This document shows, piece by piece, positions 1 to 13,129 of a DNA stretch of 64,000 nucleotides. The notes under the pieces are model-generated. The model saw only the letters and a list, made by a program, of their open reading frames with translations, did not search any database and was not told where the DNA came from. The stretch's first letter is position 1. The number at the start of each line of letters is the position of its first letter. The position numbers were made by a program, and so were the translations under genes. Source of the stretch: Octopus sinensis (lineage: Eukaryota); assembly GCF_006345805.1 (NCBI RefSeq), contig NW_021835233.1, positions 1 through 64,000 on the forward strand, in the 5' to 3' direction.

Positions 1-128
1 TATGACACTTGTAAACACCTGTTGAGCCAAGTGCTAATCAAATCAATGACACTTGTGAAGACCTGTTGAGGCAAGTGCTAATCAAATCAAATGACACTTG
101 TGAAGACCTGTTGAGGCAAGTGATAATG

Positions 129-172
<44 letters not shown>

Positions 173-1010
173 CATAATCAAATCAAATCAAAACAAATCA
201 AAATAGATGAACATCATGGAATTTGTATCTTTGTGGTACCAATGCCGGTGGCACACAAGAAAACCATCCGAACGTGGCGGTAGCCAGTACACATCGACTG
301 GCCTCCATGCTGTGGGCACGTAACAAACACCATCCGATCGTGGCCGTTCGCCAGCCTCATCTGGCCCTGTTGTTGGTGGCACATAAAAACACCATCCAAA
401 GACCCGGCAAGACTAGTCAGGCCATAACCCGTGGCCCCTACCTGGGACGTAGTCAGTCTATCTGTGCATACCTTCCTTCTTATGACACTTGTGAAGACCT
501 GTTGAGGCAAGTATGTGACACTTGTGAAGACCTGTTGAGGCAAGTGTGTGACAGTTGTGAAGACCTGTTGAGGCAAGTGAAAATCAAACCAAATCAAAAT
601 AGATGAACATCAATGGAATTTGTATCTTGGTGGTACCAATGCCGGTGGCCACACAAGAAAACCATCCGAACGTGGCGGTAGCCAGTACCACATCGACTGG
701 CCTCCATGCTGTGGGCACGTAACAAACACCATCCGATCGTGGCCGTTCGCCAGCCTCATCTGGCACCTGTGTTGGTGGCACATAAAAACACCATCCAAAG
801 ACCCGGCAAGACTAGTCAGGCCATAACCCGTGGCCCCTACCTGGGACGTAGTCAGTCTATCTGTGCATACCTTCCTTCTTATGACACTTGTGAAGACCTG
901 TTGAGGCAAGTATGTGACACTTGTGAAGACCTGTGAGGCAAGTGTGTGACAGTTGTGAAGACCTGTTGAGGCAAGTGAAAATCAAACCAAATCAAAATAG
1001 ATGAACATCA
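1..1010. repeat. Higher-order tandem repeat: ~400-bp units, each containing 3-4 copies of a ~31-bp subrepeat
   Basis: Unit start TATGACACTTGT recurs at 1, 481 and 880; subrepeat GACACTTGTGAAGACCTGTTGAGGCAAGT is tandem within each unit; unit body resembles the GGTGGCACRTAAAAAGCACCATCCGA motif family of the RTE 3' UTR. Confidence 0.9.
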
Positions 1011-1509
1011 ATGGGAATTTGTATCTTTGTGGTACCAGTGCCGGTGGCACCAAGAAAACCATCCGAACGTGGCCGTAGCCAGTACCGCATCGACTGGCCT
1101 CCGTGCTGTGGGCACGTAACAAACACCATCCGGGCACGTAACAAACACCATCCGATCGTGGCCGTTCGCCAGCCTCATCTGGCACTTGTGTCGGTGGCAC
1201 ATAAAAACACCATCCAAGCGTGCCGTCTGCCAGCCTTGTCTGGCACCTGTGTCGGTGGCACATAAAAAAAACACCATCCGAGCGTGGCCGTTCGCCAGCC
1301 TCGTCTGGCACCTGTGTCGGTGGCACATAAAATCACCCACTACACTCTCGGAGTGGTTGGCGTTAGGAAGGGCATCCAGCTGTAGAAACACTGCCAGATC
1401 TGACTGGCCAGGTGCAGCCTTCGGGCTCCCCAGACTCCAGTTGAACCGTCCAACCCATGCTAGCATGGAAAGCGGACGTTAAATGAGGATGATGATGATG
1501 ATGATGATG
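1010..1509 (+). mobile_element. RTE-LINE 3' UTR-derived element with (GAT)n tail
   Basis: Same CCCACTACACTC..GGAGTGGTTGGCGTTAGGAAGGGCATCCAGCTGTAGAAAC..CCATGCTAGCATGG terminus and GAT tail that follow the RTE ORF at 58520-59690. Confidence 0.75.
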
Positions 1510-1528
1510 TACATCTACATATATATAA

Positions 1529-1880
1529 ACTAGCAGTATCGCCCGGCGTTGCTCAGGTTTGTAAGGGAAATAACTATAAAGCATTTTTAGAGAGTTATAG
1601 CCAAAAAATAGCAAAAAAATGGAAAAAAAATGATGGTAAATATTTTTTTGAGATTTAAAAAAGGTGGAGTTGCGTCCCCTAGACAGTTTGTGGTTCGTGT
1701 TTCTGATTCTCGACCCCATTTATCGATTTTTTTCGCTGCGTTAGTTTTGAATTATGACATTGGGCTATGTGTGTGTCAAGTTTCATCAGAATCGGTTGAA
1801 AGCCGTGGTTAGGGTGAGGGTACAAGCAAACAGACACACAGAAACACGCACAGACAAACTGCCGTTTATATAGAGAGAGA
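1529..1880 (+). mobile_element. Helentron-associated (HINE/DINE-1-like) non-autonomous element
   Basis: Starts ACTAGCAGTATCGCCCGGCGTTGCTC, ends ACAGACAAACTGCCGTTTATATAGAGAG; same 5' terminus at 9713 and (reverse) 29217. Confidence 0.6.
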
Positions 1881-1920
1881 TATATATATACATCTACATA
1901 TATATATATATATATATAAC

Positions 1921-4900
1921 TTAATAGCACCACCTGGCGAAGTCTTTCAGTTCAGGATTCGAGCAGAGAGTTATTGTTTGCGGAGACATATCCGGGTGTG
2001 GGTGGTTTGTCCGGTACTGTTTGAAGGAATTTGTCCAAAGACTTCTTGAATTTTGTGTGGTCAGTTTCTTTTTTGACGTGTCCTGGTGTAATGTTGAAGA
2101 GAGCGGGTCCAATTGAAGTGAAATAGTTGTGCCGTATTGTCGTTATGTGATGCGATTTAGATATTTGTTGTGGACGGATGGCACGTGGTCCAAGCCTTGG
2201 ATGCATTTTGAAGGTGATGCCAACATCATTCGGACAGTGCTGATGGAATATTTTCCACATCATACAGATAATGTAGCATTCACGGCGTCGTTGGAGTGAA
2301 TACAATTTCAGCTTCTCTAGTCTACCCCAGTAGTCAAGGTCTGACATGCCATCTATCTTTTTGTGATTGACCTTTGGGGAGCTTCAATTCTCATAATATT
2401 TTGCTTTGTGTAGGGAGACCACAGTGGACAGCAGTATTCAAGGTGGGGTCGGGCAAAAGTGGAGAAGAGAAGGATAATAGCATGGGAATCTCTCGACTGA
2501 AAGTTCTGAGAATCCAGGAACACATTCTGCGGGCCATGTCAACTTGCTGCTTATATGTGTAGCCCAGCTTATGTTGTTGTCCACTGTTACTCCCAGGTCT
2601 TGATGTTGTTGGATGCCATGAGAATTTCTCCAGAAGGAAGAGAGTATGGGAGTTTCAGAGCGTCCTCCCTTCCAAAGTGGATCAGTTCGAATTTGTCTTC
2701 ATTTAGCAACATGTTATTCTTTTCCGCCCATTGGACAACAGCCAGTAGGTCTGACTGAAGGTTATTTGGTCATCCACGCCATTGATGACCTTCTGGAGCT
2801 TGGAATCATCAGCGAAGGTTCTGATGTTACTGTGTTTGATGGTGTCAGTAATATCATTTATGTAGATGATGAAGAGAAGTGGGCCCAACACAGTGCCTTG
2901 TGGGACACCACTGCTGACTTTGGCTGGGCTGGATTTGACTCCTTCGACTACAACATGTTGGGTTCTGTTAGACAGGAAGCACTTGATCCACGCAGCAGCT
3001 TTCCAGTGACACCAATATTGGACAGCTTTCTCAGAAGGATCTTATGATCAACCCTGTCAAAGGCCTTGCTGAAATCAAGGTAGATGACATCAGTGTTGGA
3101 ACCTTCTCCCAAGGCTCTCAAAATGTCATCAAAATGATGCAGTAGCTGCGTCAGGCAATCTCTCCCATTACGGAATCCATGTTAGTGGGGTTCAGCATAT
3201 TATGACTCTCAAGGAAGTGAGTCATACGCGATCTCAGCACCCTCTCAAATACCTTGATGATATGAGAGGTGAGTGAGATTGGACGGTAATTCACGGCAAG
3301 CGATTTGTTTCCTTTTTTGAAAACTGGGACAACAGACTGGGATAGAAGGTCTTCTGGTATATATCCAGCATCCAGTGAGTTCCGCCACAGATTGGCTAGA
3401 GGGGGTGCAGCAAGTGGTTTGACACATTTTCAAGACACAAGCAGGGAACCTATCGGGACTACTGCTGAATTATGCCTTCATTTCCTTTATTTCTGCTAAG
3501 ACATCAGGAGCGCCAAATGTTATGTCCGATAAAGTGTATTGGGGAGTGTAACATCATGATACAGCCCAGATCAGTCATATCAGGATTGCTGAAAACAGAG
3601 CAATATTGTTTCTGCAATATCTCTCCCATGGTTTTGGCATTGTCTTGAAGAGTACCATTTTCATCAATCAGAGGGCCAACAGTAGAACCAGTGACTCTGT
3701 GTTTTTTTGCAAATGAAAAAAACACTTTGGGATTGAGTTTGATCTTCTCAATGGCCCAGGCCTCTTCAGCTCTTCGCTGACTATTGATGATAGACATCAT
3801 GTTGTTTTGGAGTTTATGTTTTTTAATCTCTAGCGACGAGATGGCAGTCAGGTTGGTGTGTTGCTGTTGACAGTATTTCAGCATGTTGATCTTTTTGTTG
3901 ATTCTTTTAATTTTCCTTATGAGAGATTTTCTATTTCTAGGGATTCGACACTTAGATTTGTTTGCAGATCTTAATGGGGTGTGTCTTGCACATATGTTCG
4001 TGATGGTGTCTACAAGTGACTGCCAGGACTTTTTGATGTTAGTGGGTGTGTATGTGTGCGTGAAGGACCAATCGACTTGTGCAAGATCATTATTGATCGC
4101 TTCCCAGTTTGCATTGTGGAAATCCATAGTGTCAAATGGATGAACAGGAGGGATGACATTTGTTTTGCATTTTGGCCAGTGAAATCTCAGATCACAGAGA
4201 ACCATGTCATGGTCGGAGAGTAGGGTTTTCTCCACTGCAATATTGTGGATAGTATCAGTGTGATTGCTGAAAATTAAGTCAAAGACGTTTTTGTGACATC
4301 TCGTTGGTTCGAGTACCAGTTGGGACAAGAAGAAGTCATCCATGAAGTCAAGAAGCGATTCCACTGCCTCCCTGTCAGGGGTTGAGAGAGAAGAACCTGG
4401 CGGCAGACAGTTTGTAGACCAGTCAACCCCGGAAAGGTTGAAGTCTCCCATCATTAAAATGTTGTCAGGTTGACACTGCTGAATGAAACACTTTATGCTG
4501 TTGAGGCATTCCTTGAAGCATGGTAGGGGCGTTTGGGGTGGTCTGTAGAGCCCAACTACTGTTAAGTTGTTGGTTTGACTGAATACAGCGACTGCTTCGC
4601 AGTATCCATTGGAAAATATGTTCATGGCTTCTGTTGAGAATGAATCATGGACATAAATGGCAGTCCCACCCTTTCTTCTGCCAGCACGATCAGCACGAAT
4701 GGTTTTGAATTTTTTAACTTTCACCTTCGGCTTCCAAGTGGAGGTCACTAAGATGGGTTTCAGTGAGGACGAAGAAAGGGATGTGGTTTGGATGGGCCTC
4801 GACCCAGTCCTCCAGGAATCTTATCTTCCATTTTTGTGTATTGGTGGAAGGGCTGATGCCTTGGGCATTAAGCAGAAATGTTGAGGCGAGAGTGGATGGT

Positions 4901-5400
4901 TTTAATTGTTTTGGTGATTTGTTTATTTGATTGCTTTTTAATGGTATGTGCAGTGGGGTAATAGTGGTGGATGGTGGTGGGTGATAGCTCGGATGTTTTT
5001 TTCCAGTTCTTTTGCTAGATTCATTATAGCTAAAAAAGAGGAAGAAGAGGTGGTTTCCTGTCTAGGGAACCGCAGGTGACTGTGGCCGCGGCTATTTTTA
5101 TATGAGTGGTTATCTTGAAATGTCCGACGAGTCCCCGGGAGATGGGTAAAGGGGCAATCCCTGTGCAAACACAATCTGTCTCGCTGGGAATAGCGGCAGA
5201 TTGGGGATTCCTTGTTTGAGATATTGGTGGTTGTGGTGGTGTTTGTATTATGGTGGTTGCTGTTGTAGTTTGTGGGGACAAGCGTTTTGTTCCAGGTAAA
5301 TGGGTGAATTTGCAGTCTCTATCAGTGCACAGTCTATGGCGAAGAGAATATCGGCAAATGATGGGGTTTCGAGTGGGTGTGTAGGTGCGTGTGTGTGTGT
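1921..5400 (-). mobile_element. CR1/L2-group LINE, most of ORF2 (APE + RT) plus ORF1 3' part, frameshifted
   Basis: APE ORF 3504-4748 (GGTAIYV, VGLYRPP, MGDFNL, DLIFSN, SDHDMV); RT fragments with IRTFADDSKL (2703-2891); C-terminal LKLYSLQRRRE (1952-2347); a matching 3' end CAGGTGGTGCTATTAA also occurs as a solo fragment near 7350. Confidence 0.88.
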
Positions 5401-5668
5401 GAGTTGTGAAAGGTGTAGATGAATATATTATATTATATATATATATATACATCTACATTATATTATATATATATATTTATATATATTATATTTATATGTA
5501 TATATATATATATATATTAATATATACCTGCATACCTTGTAAATGTATATCCAACTAGGTATATATATTACATATATTCCTGTGGTAATATGTGTGTGTG
5601 TGTGTGTGTGTAACTATGTACATATATATATAAAATATGCATCTATATATATAAAATATGTATATGTA

Positions 5669-5746
<78 letters not shown>

Positions 5747-6228
5747 CATGCATCTATAAATACATATTATATATAATATATATATATATATATACACACA
5801 CAAAAACACACACACATATAGCTTTGCCATCTTTTCCAGCAGCATGCAGGCATATGTATATATATATATGTATGTATGTATCCATGCATACAGACTATCT
5901 TCCTATCATGCACAAACTCTGTGCCTATCATGCATCCTCCTTTCTGCATCGGTGTTGCATGTGCCTTGCAGCACTTTGCCAGACGCACGCACATGCGCAC
6001 GTGGATATTGTGTTTCTAATTATTCACAGAACTAATTTTCACAATATGTTTTTGGAATGCCTCTGGGGAGGAGATGTAGTATGTGTGGCTGTGTGGTTAA
6101 GAAGTTTGGTTTCTGAACCACATGCATTGGGGGGGGGGGGGGTTCAATCCCACTGCATATTATCTACTATAGCCCAGGACCAACCAGATCTTGTGAGTGG
6201 CTTTCATAGACACCAACTGAAAGAAGCT

Positions 6229-6274
<46 letters not shown>

Positions 6275-6602
6275 CATCATCATCGTCATCATCATCATCG
6301 TTTAACGTCCGTTCTCCATGCTAGCATGGGTTGGACGGTCCGACCGGGGTTCTGGGAAGCCAGAAGGCTGCACCAGGCTCCAGTCTAATCTGGCAATGTT
6401 TCTACAGCTGGATGCCCTTCCTAACGCCAACCACTCCGTGAGTGTAGTGGGTGCATTTTACGTGCCACCTGCACAGGTGCCAGGCGAGGCTGGCAACGGC
6501 CACGGTCAGATTGGTGTATTTTATGTGCCACCGGCACGGAAGCCAGTCGAGGCGGTGCTGGCATCGGCCACGAGTCGGATAGTGCTATATTATATATATA
6601 TA

Positions 6603-6649
<47 letters not shown>

Positions 6650-6813
6650 TATATATATATATATATATATATTTATATGTATATATATATGTATATATAT
6701 ATATATACATATATATTGTATCAATTGAAATAAAAGGAAAAACAGGACATAAAGGATGTTGCGGTACATATGTTTCGAGCTTTATAGAACCGCTTATTCT
6801 TACATCAATGCAT

Positions 6814-6883
<70 letters not shown>

Positions 6884-6940
6884 TTTATATATATGTATAT
6901 GAAAAAAGGTTTGAAAATGCAATTTTAAAGATGTTTATTG
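5380..6940. repeat. Cluster of (TA)n, (TG)n, (TATC)n, (CA)n microsatellites with interspersed SINE and RTE-UTR fragments
   Basis: Direct reading; RTE 3' UTR copy on the minus strand at ~6285-6590. Confidence 0.9.
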
Positions 6941-7509
6941 ACTTGACTGGTTTATTCACTTGTATGCACACACACACACACACAACAGACATGTATTCAG
7001 CTTCTTTCAAACACAGACACACACGCACACACACACACACACACACCACATCTGCATTGGGCTTCTTTCAGTTTCCGTCTACCAAATCCCCTCATAAGGT
7101 TTGGGTCAACCAAAGGCTATAGTAGAAGACACTTGCCGAAGATGCCATGCAGTGGGACTGAACTTTGAACCTTGTGGTTTAGGAAGCAAGCTTCTTACCA
7201 CACAGTCACACGCATCCAGCAGAACATACAAGCTTCATTTCTTTCTCATCTTTGCAAGCCCTCTACATTCAGGCTCACTCAAGAACTCACTACTTGAATG
7301 GACCATAAACAAAACTTGATTGAAAAAGGATTTAGATAATCCTATCAGGTGGTGCTATTAAATTAGACATGGCCTGGACCAATCTTTGGTCGAAACATAT
7401 CTAAGTTTTATTTAAGTTCTATGTAAGGATTCATGTCTCACGACAATGCAACAATGCAGTTTGATTACAGGTGTCATATAATTTACATTTTACTTTCAGA
7501 AATAAAACC

Positions 7510-7910
7510 GTTTACTCTCTTTTACTCTTTTACTTGTTTCAGTCATTTGACTGCGGCCATGCTGGAGCACCGCCTTTAGTCAAGCAAATCAACCCCAGGA
7601 CTTATTCTTTGTAAGCCCAGTACTTATTCTATCGGTCTCTTTTGCCGAACCGCTAAGTGACAGGGACGTAAACACACCAGCATCGGTTGTCAAGTAATGC
7701 TAGGGAGACAAACACAGACATACAAACATACATATATATATACATATATACGACAGGCTTCTTTCAGTTTCCGTCTACCAAATCCACTCATAAGGCATTG
7801 GTCGGCCCGGGGCTATAGCAGAAGACACTTGCCCAAGATGCCACACAGTGGGACTGAACTCGGTGGTTGGTTAGCAAGCTACTTACCACACAGCCACTCC
7901 TGCGCCTATA
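7510..7910 (-). mobile_element. tRNA-derived SINE family B (bipartite, internal microsatellite, AAAAGAGT-type tail)
   Basis: Head GGAGTGGCTGTGTGGTAAG..GGTTCCGGGTTCAGTCCCAC (A/B-box-like); further copies ~8890-9260(+), 13735-14120(-), 19470-19840(-), 38730-39470(-), 41690-42740(-), 46680-47125(-), 47985-48400(+), 56760-57200(-). Confidence 0.8.
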
Positions 7911-7949
7911 AAAGAACTCCTTAACCACTCAGCCATGCCGCACCTACTG

Positions 7950-8130
7950 CCAACATTGGTAATAACTCTTTGAACTTTCTCTAGCCTCTTCTTGCTACTA
8001 TACTTTCAAAACATCCCCTTCCACTCTTAATTAAGTTACCTAGGTAACAAAAGCTATCTAATGTCTCTAGAGAACCTCCTGGCCATTTGAGAAAATCTGT
8101 TTCCTATTTTGCTCTTATTGTTCATTGCAC
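7950..8130 (-). mobile_element. Degenerate RTE LINE ORF fragment
   Basis: Minus-strand translation DSFCYLGNLIKSGRGCFESIVARRG*RKFKELLPMLAV resembles the RTE post-RT region (SFxYLG...W.KFRELLP). Confidence 0.6.
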
Positions 8131-8205
8131 CTGTGTATCTGTCATATATAAAGATTTATTTCACTATTAACTACTTACTAATATATACTTCTTACCATAT
8201 AATGT

Positions 8206-8510
8206 GTGGAGGCAAAATGACCCAGTGGTTAGGGTAGCGGACTTGTGGTTTCGATTCCCAGGCTAGGCCGGCATTGTGAGTGTTATTGAGCGAAAACACC
8301 TAAAGCTTCATGAGTCTCCAGCAGGGGGTGGTGGTGATCCCTGCTGTACTCTTTCACCACAACTTTCTCTCACTCTTACTTCCTGTTTCTGTTGTACCTG
8401 TATTTCAAAGGGCCAGCCTTGTCACACTCTGTGTCACGCTGAATCTCCCCAAGAACTACATTAAGGGTACAAGTGTCAGTAGAATGCTCAGCCACCTGCA
8501 CGTTAATAAA
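8206..8510 (+). mobile_element. tRNA-derived SINE family C
   Basis: GTGGAGGC.CAATGGCCCAGTGGTTAGGG..GGTTTCGATTCCCAGACCGG head; copies ~16672-16960(+), 56225-56410(-), 63635-64000(+). Confidence 0.78.
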
Positions 8511-9311
8511 TGAGCTGCAAGGTCAAAGGTGCCAAGCTGTATCGGCCTTTGCGTTTCACTTGGATAACATTGGTGGCATGGAGAGGGGAGGCTGACATGC
8601 ATGGGTGACTGCTGGTCTTCCATAAACAACCTTGCCCGGAATTGAATCTTGGAGTGTAACTTTCTAGGTGCAATCCCATGGTCATTCATGACCGAAGGGG
8701 GTCACAACACAATATATTGTATCTCTTGCATGACCACTGTTCGTTTGGAGTACAATTTGTTAATTTCAAGTAAACTCTGTCCTGCCATATCTAGAAAGTT
8801 TATTTTCTTGATGTTAAAATGTTTGCTTAGACTTTGACTTTTACTATGCACACTCATAAAACCTCATACATACACATATACACACATACATGATGGTTGT
8901 GTGGTAAGTAGCTTGCTTACCAACCACATGATTCCAGGTTTAGTCCCACTGTGTGAAACCTTGGGCAAGTAGCTTCTATTATTGTGAGTGGATTTGGTAG
9001 ACGGAAACTGAAAGAAGCCCATCGTATACATGTATATGTATATATATGTGTGTGTGTATTTGTGTGTGTGTGGTTATCGCCCCAACATCGCTTGACAACC
9101 GATGCTAGTGTGTTTGCGTCCCCGTAACTTAGTGGTTCAGCAAACCTATAGAATAAGTACTAGGCTTACAAATAAGTCCTAGGGTTGATTTGCTCGACTA
9201 AAGGTGGTGCTCCAGCATGGCTGCAGTCAAATGACTGAAACAAGTTAAAGATTAAAGAATATAGAGTATACATACTACGTATATATATAGATATATATAT
9301 ACACACATATA

Positions 9312-9343
<32 letters not shown>

Positions 9344-9712
9344 CATACATACTAGCACTATGACCTGGCAACGCCGGGTCATAGTGCTAGTGCATGCATA
9401 TACAGCTGTGTGCGTGCACACATACACGCGAGTACTGTCCAAATCTCTGACCAATCACATACAGCTAGCTGGAATTCAATTGGCGAATCAAGTTTTGGGC
9501 ATTTTGATTGGGTTTTGGATAGAAAATTCACAAAAACGTCCCTTCTATTGATATTTTAATGGCTTTGCGGGGTGACTGGTGAAATGTAAAGATGTGCACG
9601 ACCACCTTTGGACAGTTTTGAATGACCATAGAAAGTGCGACCTCTCTAACTGAAAAATTGTGGATTTGTATAAAGGACACATGCACTCACACACACAGAC
9701 ATTTTATCGTTT

Positions 9713-10103
9713 ACTAGCAGTATCGCCCGGCGTTGCTCGGGTTTGTAAGGGAAATAATTATATAAGCATTTTTAGAGATGTAAAGTATAATAGCCATCTC
9801 AAAATGGCTAACCACAAAGGGGGAGGGGTGTTACTGTAGCTTTTTACGTTCTGAGATTTAATAATAATTTTAGAGAGTTACTTCCTATATATGTCAAAAA
9901 TGGATTAAAAATGGAAAAATTGATGGTAAATTTTCTTTTAATTCGTAGACTCATCGTAGACGCGCGCTAATACCCAGACGGTCTCGATATGAATCACAAC
10001 TATAAGATACCCGGTTTTGGTAAACTGCACAACCAATGTGGGAGTAGTTAGGAATCTAAATCGTAGGAGACAGACACACAACCTCACTTTTATATATAAA
10101 GAT
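9713..10103 (+). mobile_element. HINE-like non-autonomous element
   Basis: ACTAGCAGTATCGCCCGGCGTTGCTCGGG start; CTCACTTTTATATATAAAGAT end. Confidence 0.6.
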
Positions 10104-10285
10104 TTCCTCTATTTACATAATATTGAGGTCTCTTTCTTTCTTTTGTTATCTTACTGTTTTTTTACATATCTTCTATCTATATATATATATTATAAATATA
10201 TATATAGTTACAGAGATGTAATTATATAGAGATGTACTTGTCATAGCAAGTGACTTGATCTGAGATCGGTGCTGAACGAAAACAG

Positions 10286-10544
10286 TTGCAGCGTTGAAGG
10301 TGTTTATAAGCCATTTAAGAAACACACAAAAACCGTTAGATTCACTTCAACATTTAAATTTAATTTGTCAAATATTTTCGTCGCTTTGAGACCGCGACCT
10401 GTTAGCCACGATATTTTTGTCAGTGAACAGGTCGCGGTCTCAAAGCGAGGAAAATATTTTGGCAAATTAAATTTAAATGTTGAAGTGAATCTAACGGTTT
10501 TTGTGTGTTTCTTAAATGGCTTACAAACACCTTCCACGCTGCAA
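10286..10544. repeat. Long fold-back inverted repeat (~118-bp arms, 22-nt loop)
   Basis: 10286-10403 is the reverse complement of 10426-10544 with about 4 mismatches and 1 indel. Confidence 0.93.
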
Positions 10545-10904
10545 TATATATATACACACATATATATATATGTATGTATGTATGTAGTGTGTATATGTGT
10601 ATGCATGTATGTGTGTGTGTGTTGCGTGTCTGTGCTTGTGATTGTCCTCCACCACTGCTTGACAACGAATGTTGGTTTGTTTATATCCCTGTCACCTAGT
10701 GGTTTGACAAAGGAAACAGATAGAATAAGTACATGCTTACAAAAATAAAACTGGAGTTGATTCATTAAACTACAATTCTTCAAGGCATTGCCCCAGCATG
10801 GCCACAGACCAATGGCTGGAAAAAGCAGAGAATAAAAGAATACATTCTCTGCTTTGGTCTTATGTTCAAGGCATGAGAAAGCTTGAGTTTACATGAGAAG
10901 GCCT

Positions 10905-11170
10905 AACAGACCTGGTAGAAACAGCAGCCAAATCATCCTCAAACACACCTTACTGTCTTATGTATGTATATATATATGAGCCAATGAGGGGATCTCTACA
11001 TGGTAGCTAGACCTGGTAGAAATAGCAGCCAAATTTCCCCCAAATCACACCTTACTGTCTTATCTATGTAGATATGTATGTATGAGCCTATGAGGGAGAC
11101 CCCTACATGGCAGCTAGACATGGTAGAAATAGCAGCCAAATCTCCCTCAAATCACACCTACTGTCTTATG
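10905..11170. repeat. ~100-bp tandem repeat, about 3 copies
   Basis: AGACCTGGTAGAAATAGCAGCCAAAT..CACACCTTACTGTCTTAT recurs at ~10910, ~11010 and ~11115. Confidence 0.85.
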
Positions 11171-13074
11171 TATGTATATATATATATATATATATACAAG
11201 CCACTACGGTTATTTAATGTAAAGTCTTCCTCAAATCACTCTCGCTATTTACTCTCTTCCAGAACTTTTTCACTCACTCTTATCTCTTAGCTTGCCATAC
11301 ATTTTACTCATGTATCTATCAGCGTGATAGACAGAAACAAATATTACATTGCCATCGCCATCGCCATCGCATTCTATTGTCTACCTGTCAACACACACAC
11401 AGTGAATTACTTCATTTTATTCGTTGCACACTGTGTGTGTGCGTGTGTGTGGTGGTGTAAACCACATTAAGAAAAGCATTTGACATACACACCAGAATGT
11501 GAGTTTTTCTGTAAATTTTGCTTAATTGGAGTTTAAATTTTAAAAACTGGACCTGGCATGACCCGATGCATTCTACTCTTAAAAATGCTAGGTAAATTGT
11601 AATTGAAGAAATCCTATATTGTAGATTTCTATAAGTGACAAAGGGAGGCAGATAAAATCTGCCTTTTATAATAAGAGATATATATAGAGATGTATGTATG
11701 TGTGTGTGTATGCTTGTGTGTCTGTGTTTGACCCCCAACATTGCTTGACAACTGATGCTGGTGCATTTAACCGTAATTTAGCAGTTTAGCTAAATTTGCT
11801 TGACTAAAGGTGGTGCTCCAGCATGGCCGCAGTCAAATGACAGAAACAAGTAAAAGAATAAAAAAATAAAAGAATACATATGCGCATATATACATACATA
11901 GTTGAGCTGATAATCTGATACCCACTTCATTGATGGTCACTTTGGAGAGCTAAGTACCACTTAAACAGTCATTAGCCATATTCACAAGTCTCTTATCTCT
12001 GTTGACCATTCAAATACTTCAGTCACTGAAGAAAGTCACATAGAAAATTCATCTTTCAAGTGGTGTTATTGGGAGTAGTAATTATTTTTTGACACTTCTC
12101 CTCTTTCAGTGTCCATCTGCACAATTATACATCCATAACAATAAACACAAAATTCTGTCTGTTCGTCCGTCCGTCCAAGACTCCTGTTTCTCAGTCTACA
12201 TTTGGTCTACATATACTTATTATACCGTTTTGGAATCGGGATGACTCCAGGATTGAAAATCAGCCCTTCATTTGGTTCTTGGACATCCAGCATTGAGATC
12301 AGGCCTGGATGAGGGTCTGTTATATGCTAACAGTTGAAAATTCAAATTTTAAAAGAACTCAAAAAATTTGTGAATTTGCAAGTTTTTCCTTTAAACTGAA
12401 TTTAAAGTAATAGCATATTGGTTTGTTTGTTCCTTCTCGAGCCATACCTGGCTCATAAGGGCTGGTGTCCCGGTTTCCTTGGCGTATAGGTTCCCGACCT
12501 GGATGGGGTGCTGGTCCTTCACAGGTGAGCTGCAAGATGCAGGAGGAAAGAGTGAGAGAAAGCCGTGGCAAAAGAGTCAGCAGAAGTTTGCCATTACCTT
12601 CTGCCGAGAGTGTAGTAGGTGCTTTTACGTGCCACCGACACGAGGGCCAGTCAGGTGGTACTGGCAACGGCCACACTCAAGTGGTGTTTTTTACATGCCA
12701 CCTGCACAGGAACCAGTCCAGCGGCACTGGCAACGACCTCACTCGAGTGTTTTTCACATGCCACCAGCACAAGTGCCAGTAAAGCAATGCTGGTAACAGT
12801 CATGTTTAAATGGTGCTTTTTACATGCTCTGGCAGCAGTCACGCTTGGATGGTGCTCTTAGCGCTCCACTGGCACAGGTGTCTGTCATCGAATTTGCAAA
12901 TTTGATTTGATTTCGATTTCATTTGCCTCAGCAGGTCTTCGCTGTGAATTTGATATACATATTCATACATAAATATACGTACATACATCTATATATACAT
13001 ACATATATATATATATATATATATGTAAATATATATATATATCTGTATGTATATAGACAGACAGACAGACAGAC

Positions 13075-13128
<54 letters not shown>

Positions 13129-13129
13129 C

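Noticed and set aside
1-980. CRISPR-like ~31-bp repeats
   Set aside because: The repeats are directly tandem with no unique spacers, no cas genes are present, and the context is eukaryotic
8035-8048. Perfect palindromic RFX X-box GTTACCTAGGTAAC
   Set aside because: It lies inside a degenerate RTE ORF (codons for CYLGN), about 31 kb from the IFT122 start; most likely coincidental
10404-10470. Hammerhead ribozyme in the fold-back (stem followed by GAAA-like motif)
   Set aside because: The canonical CUGANGA core is not present immediately before the stem
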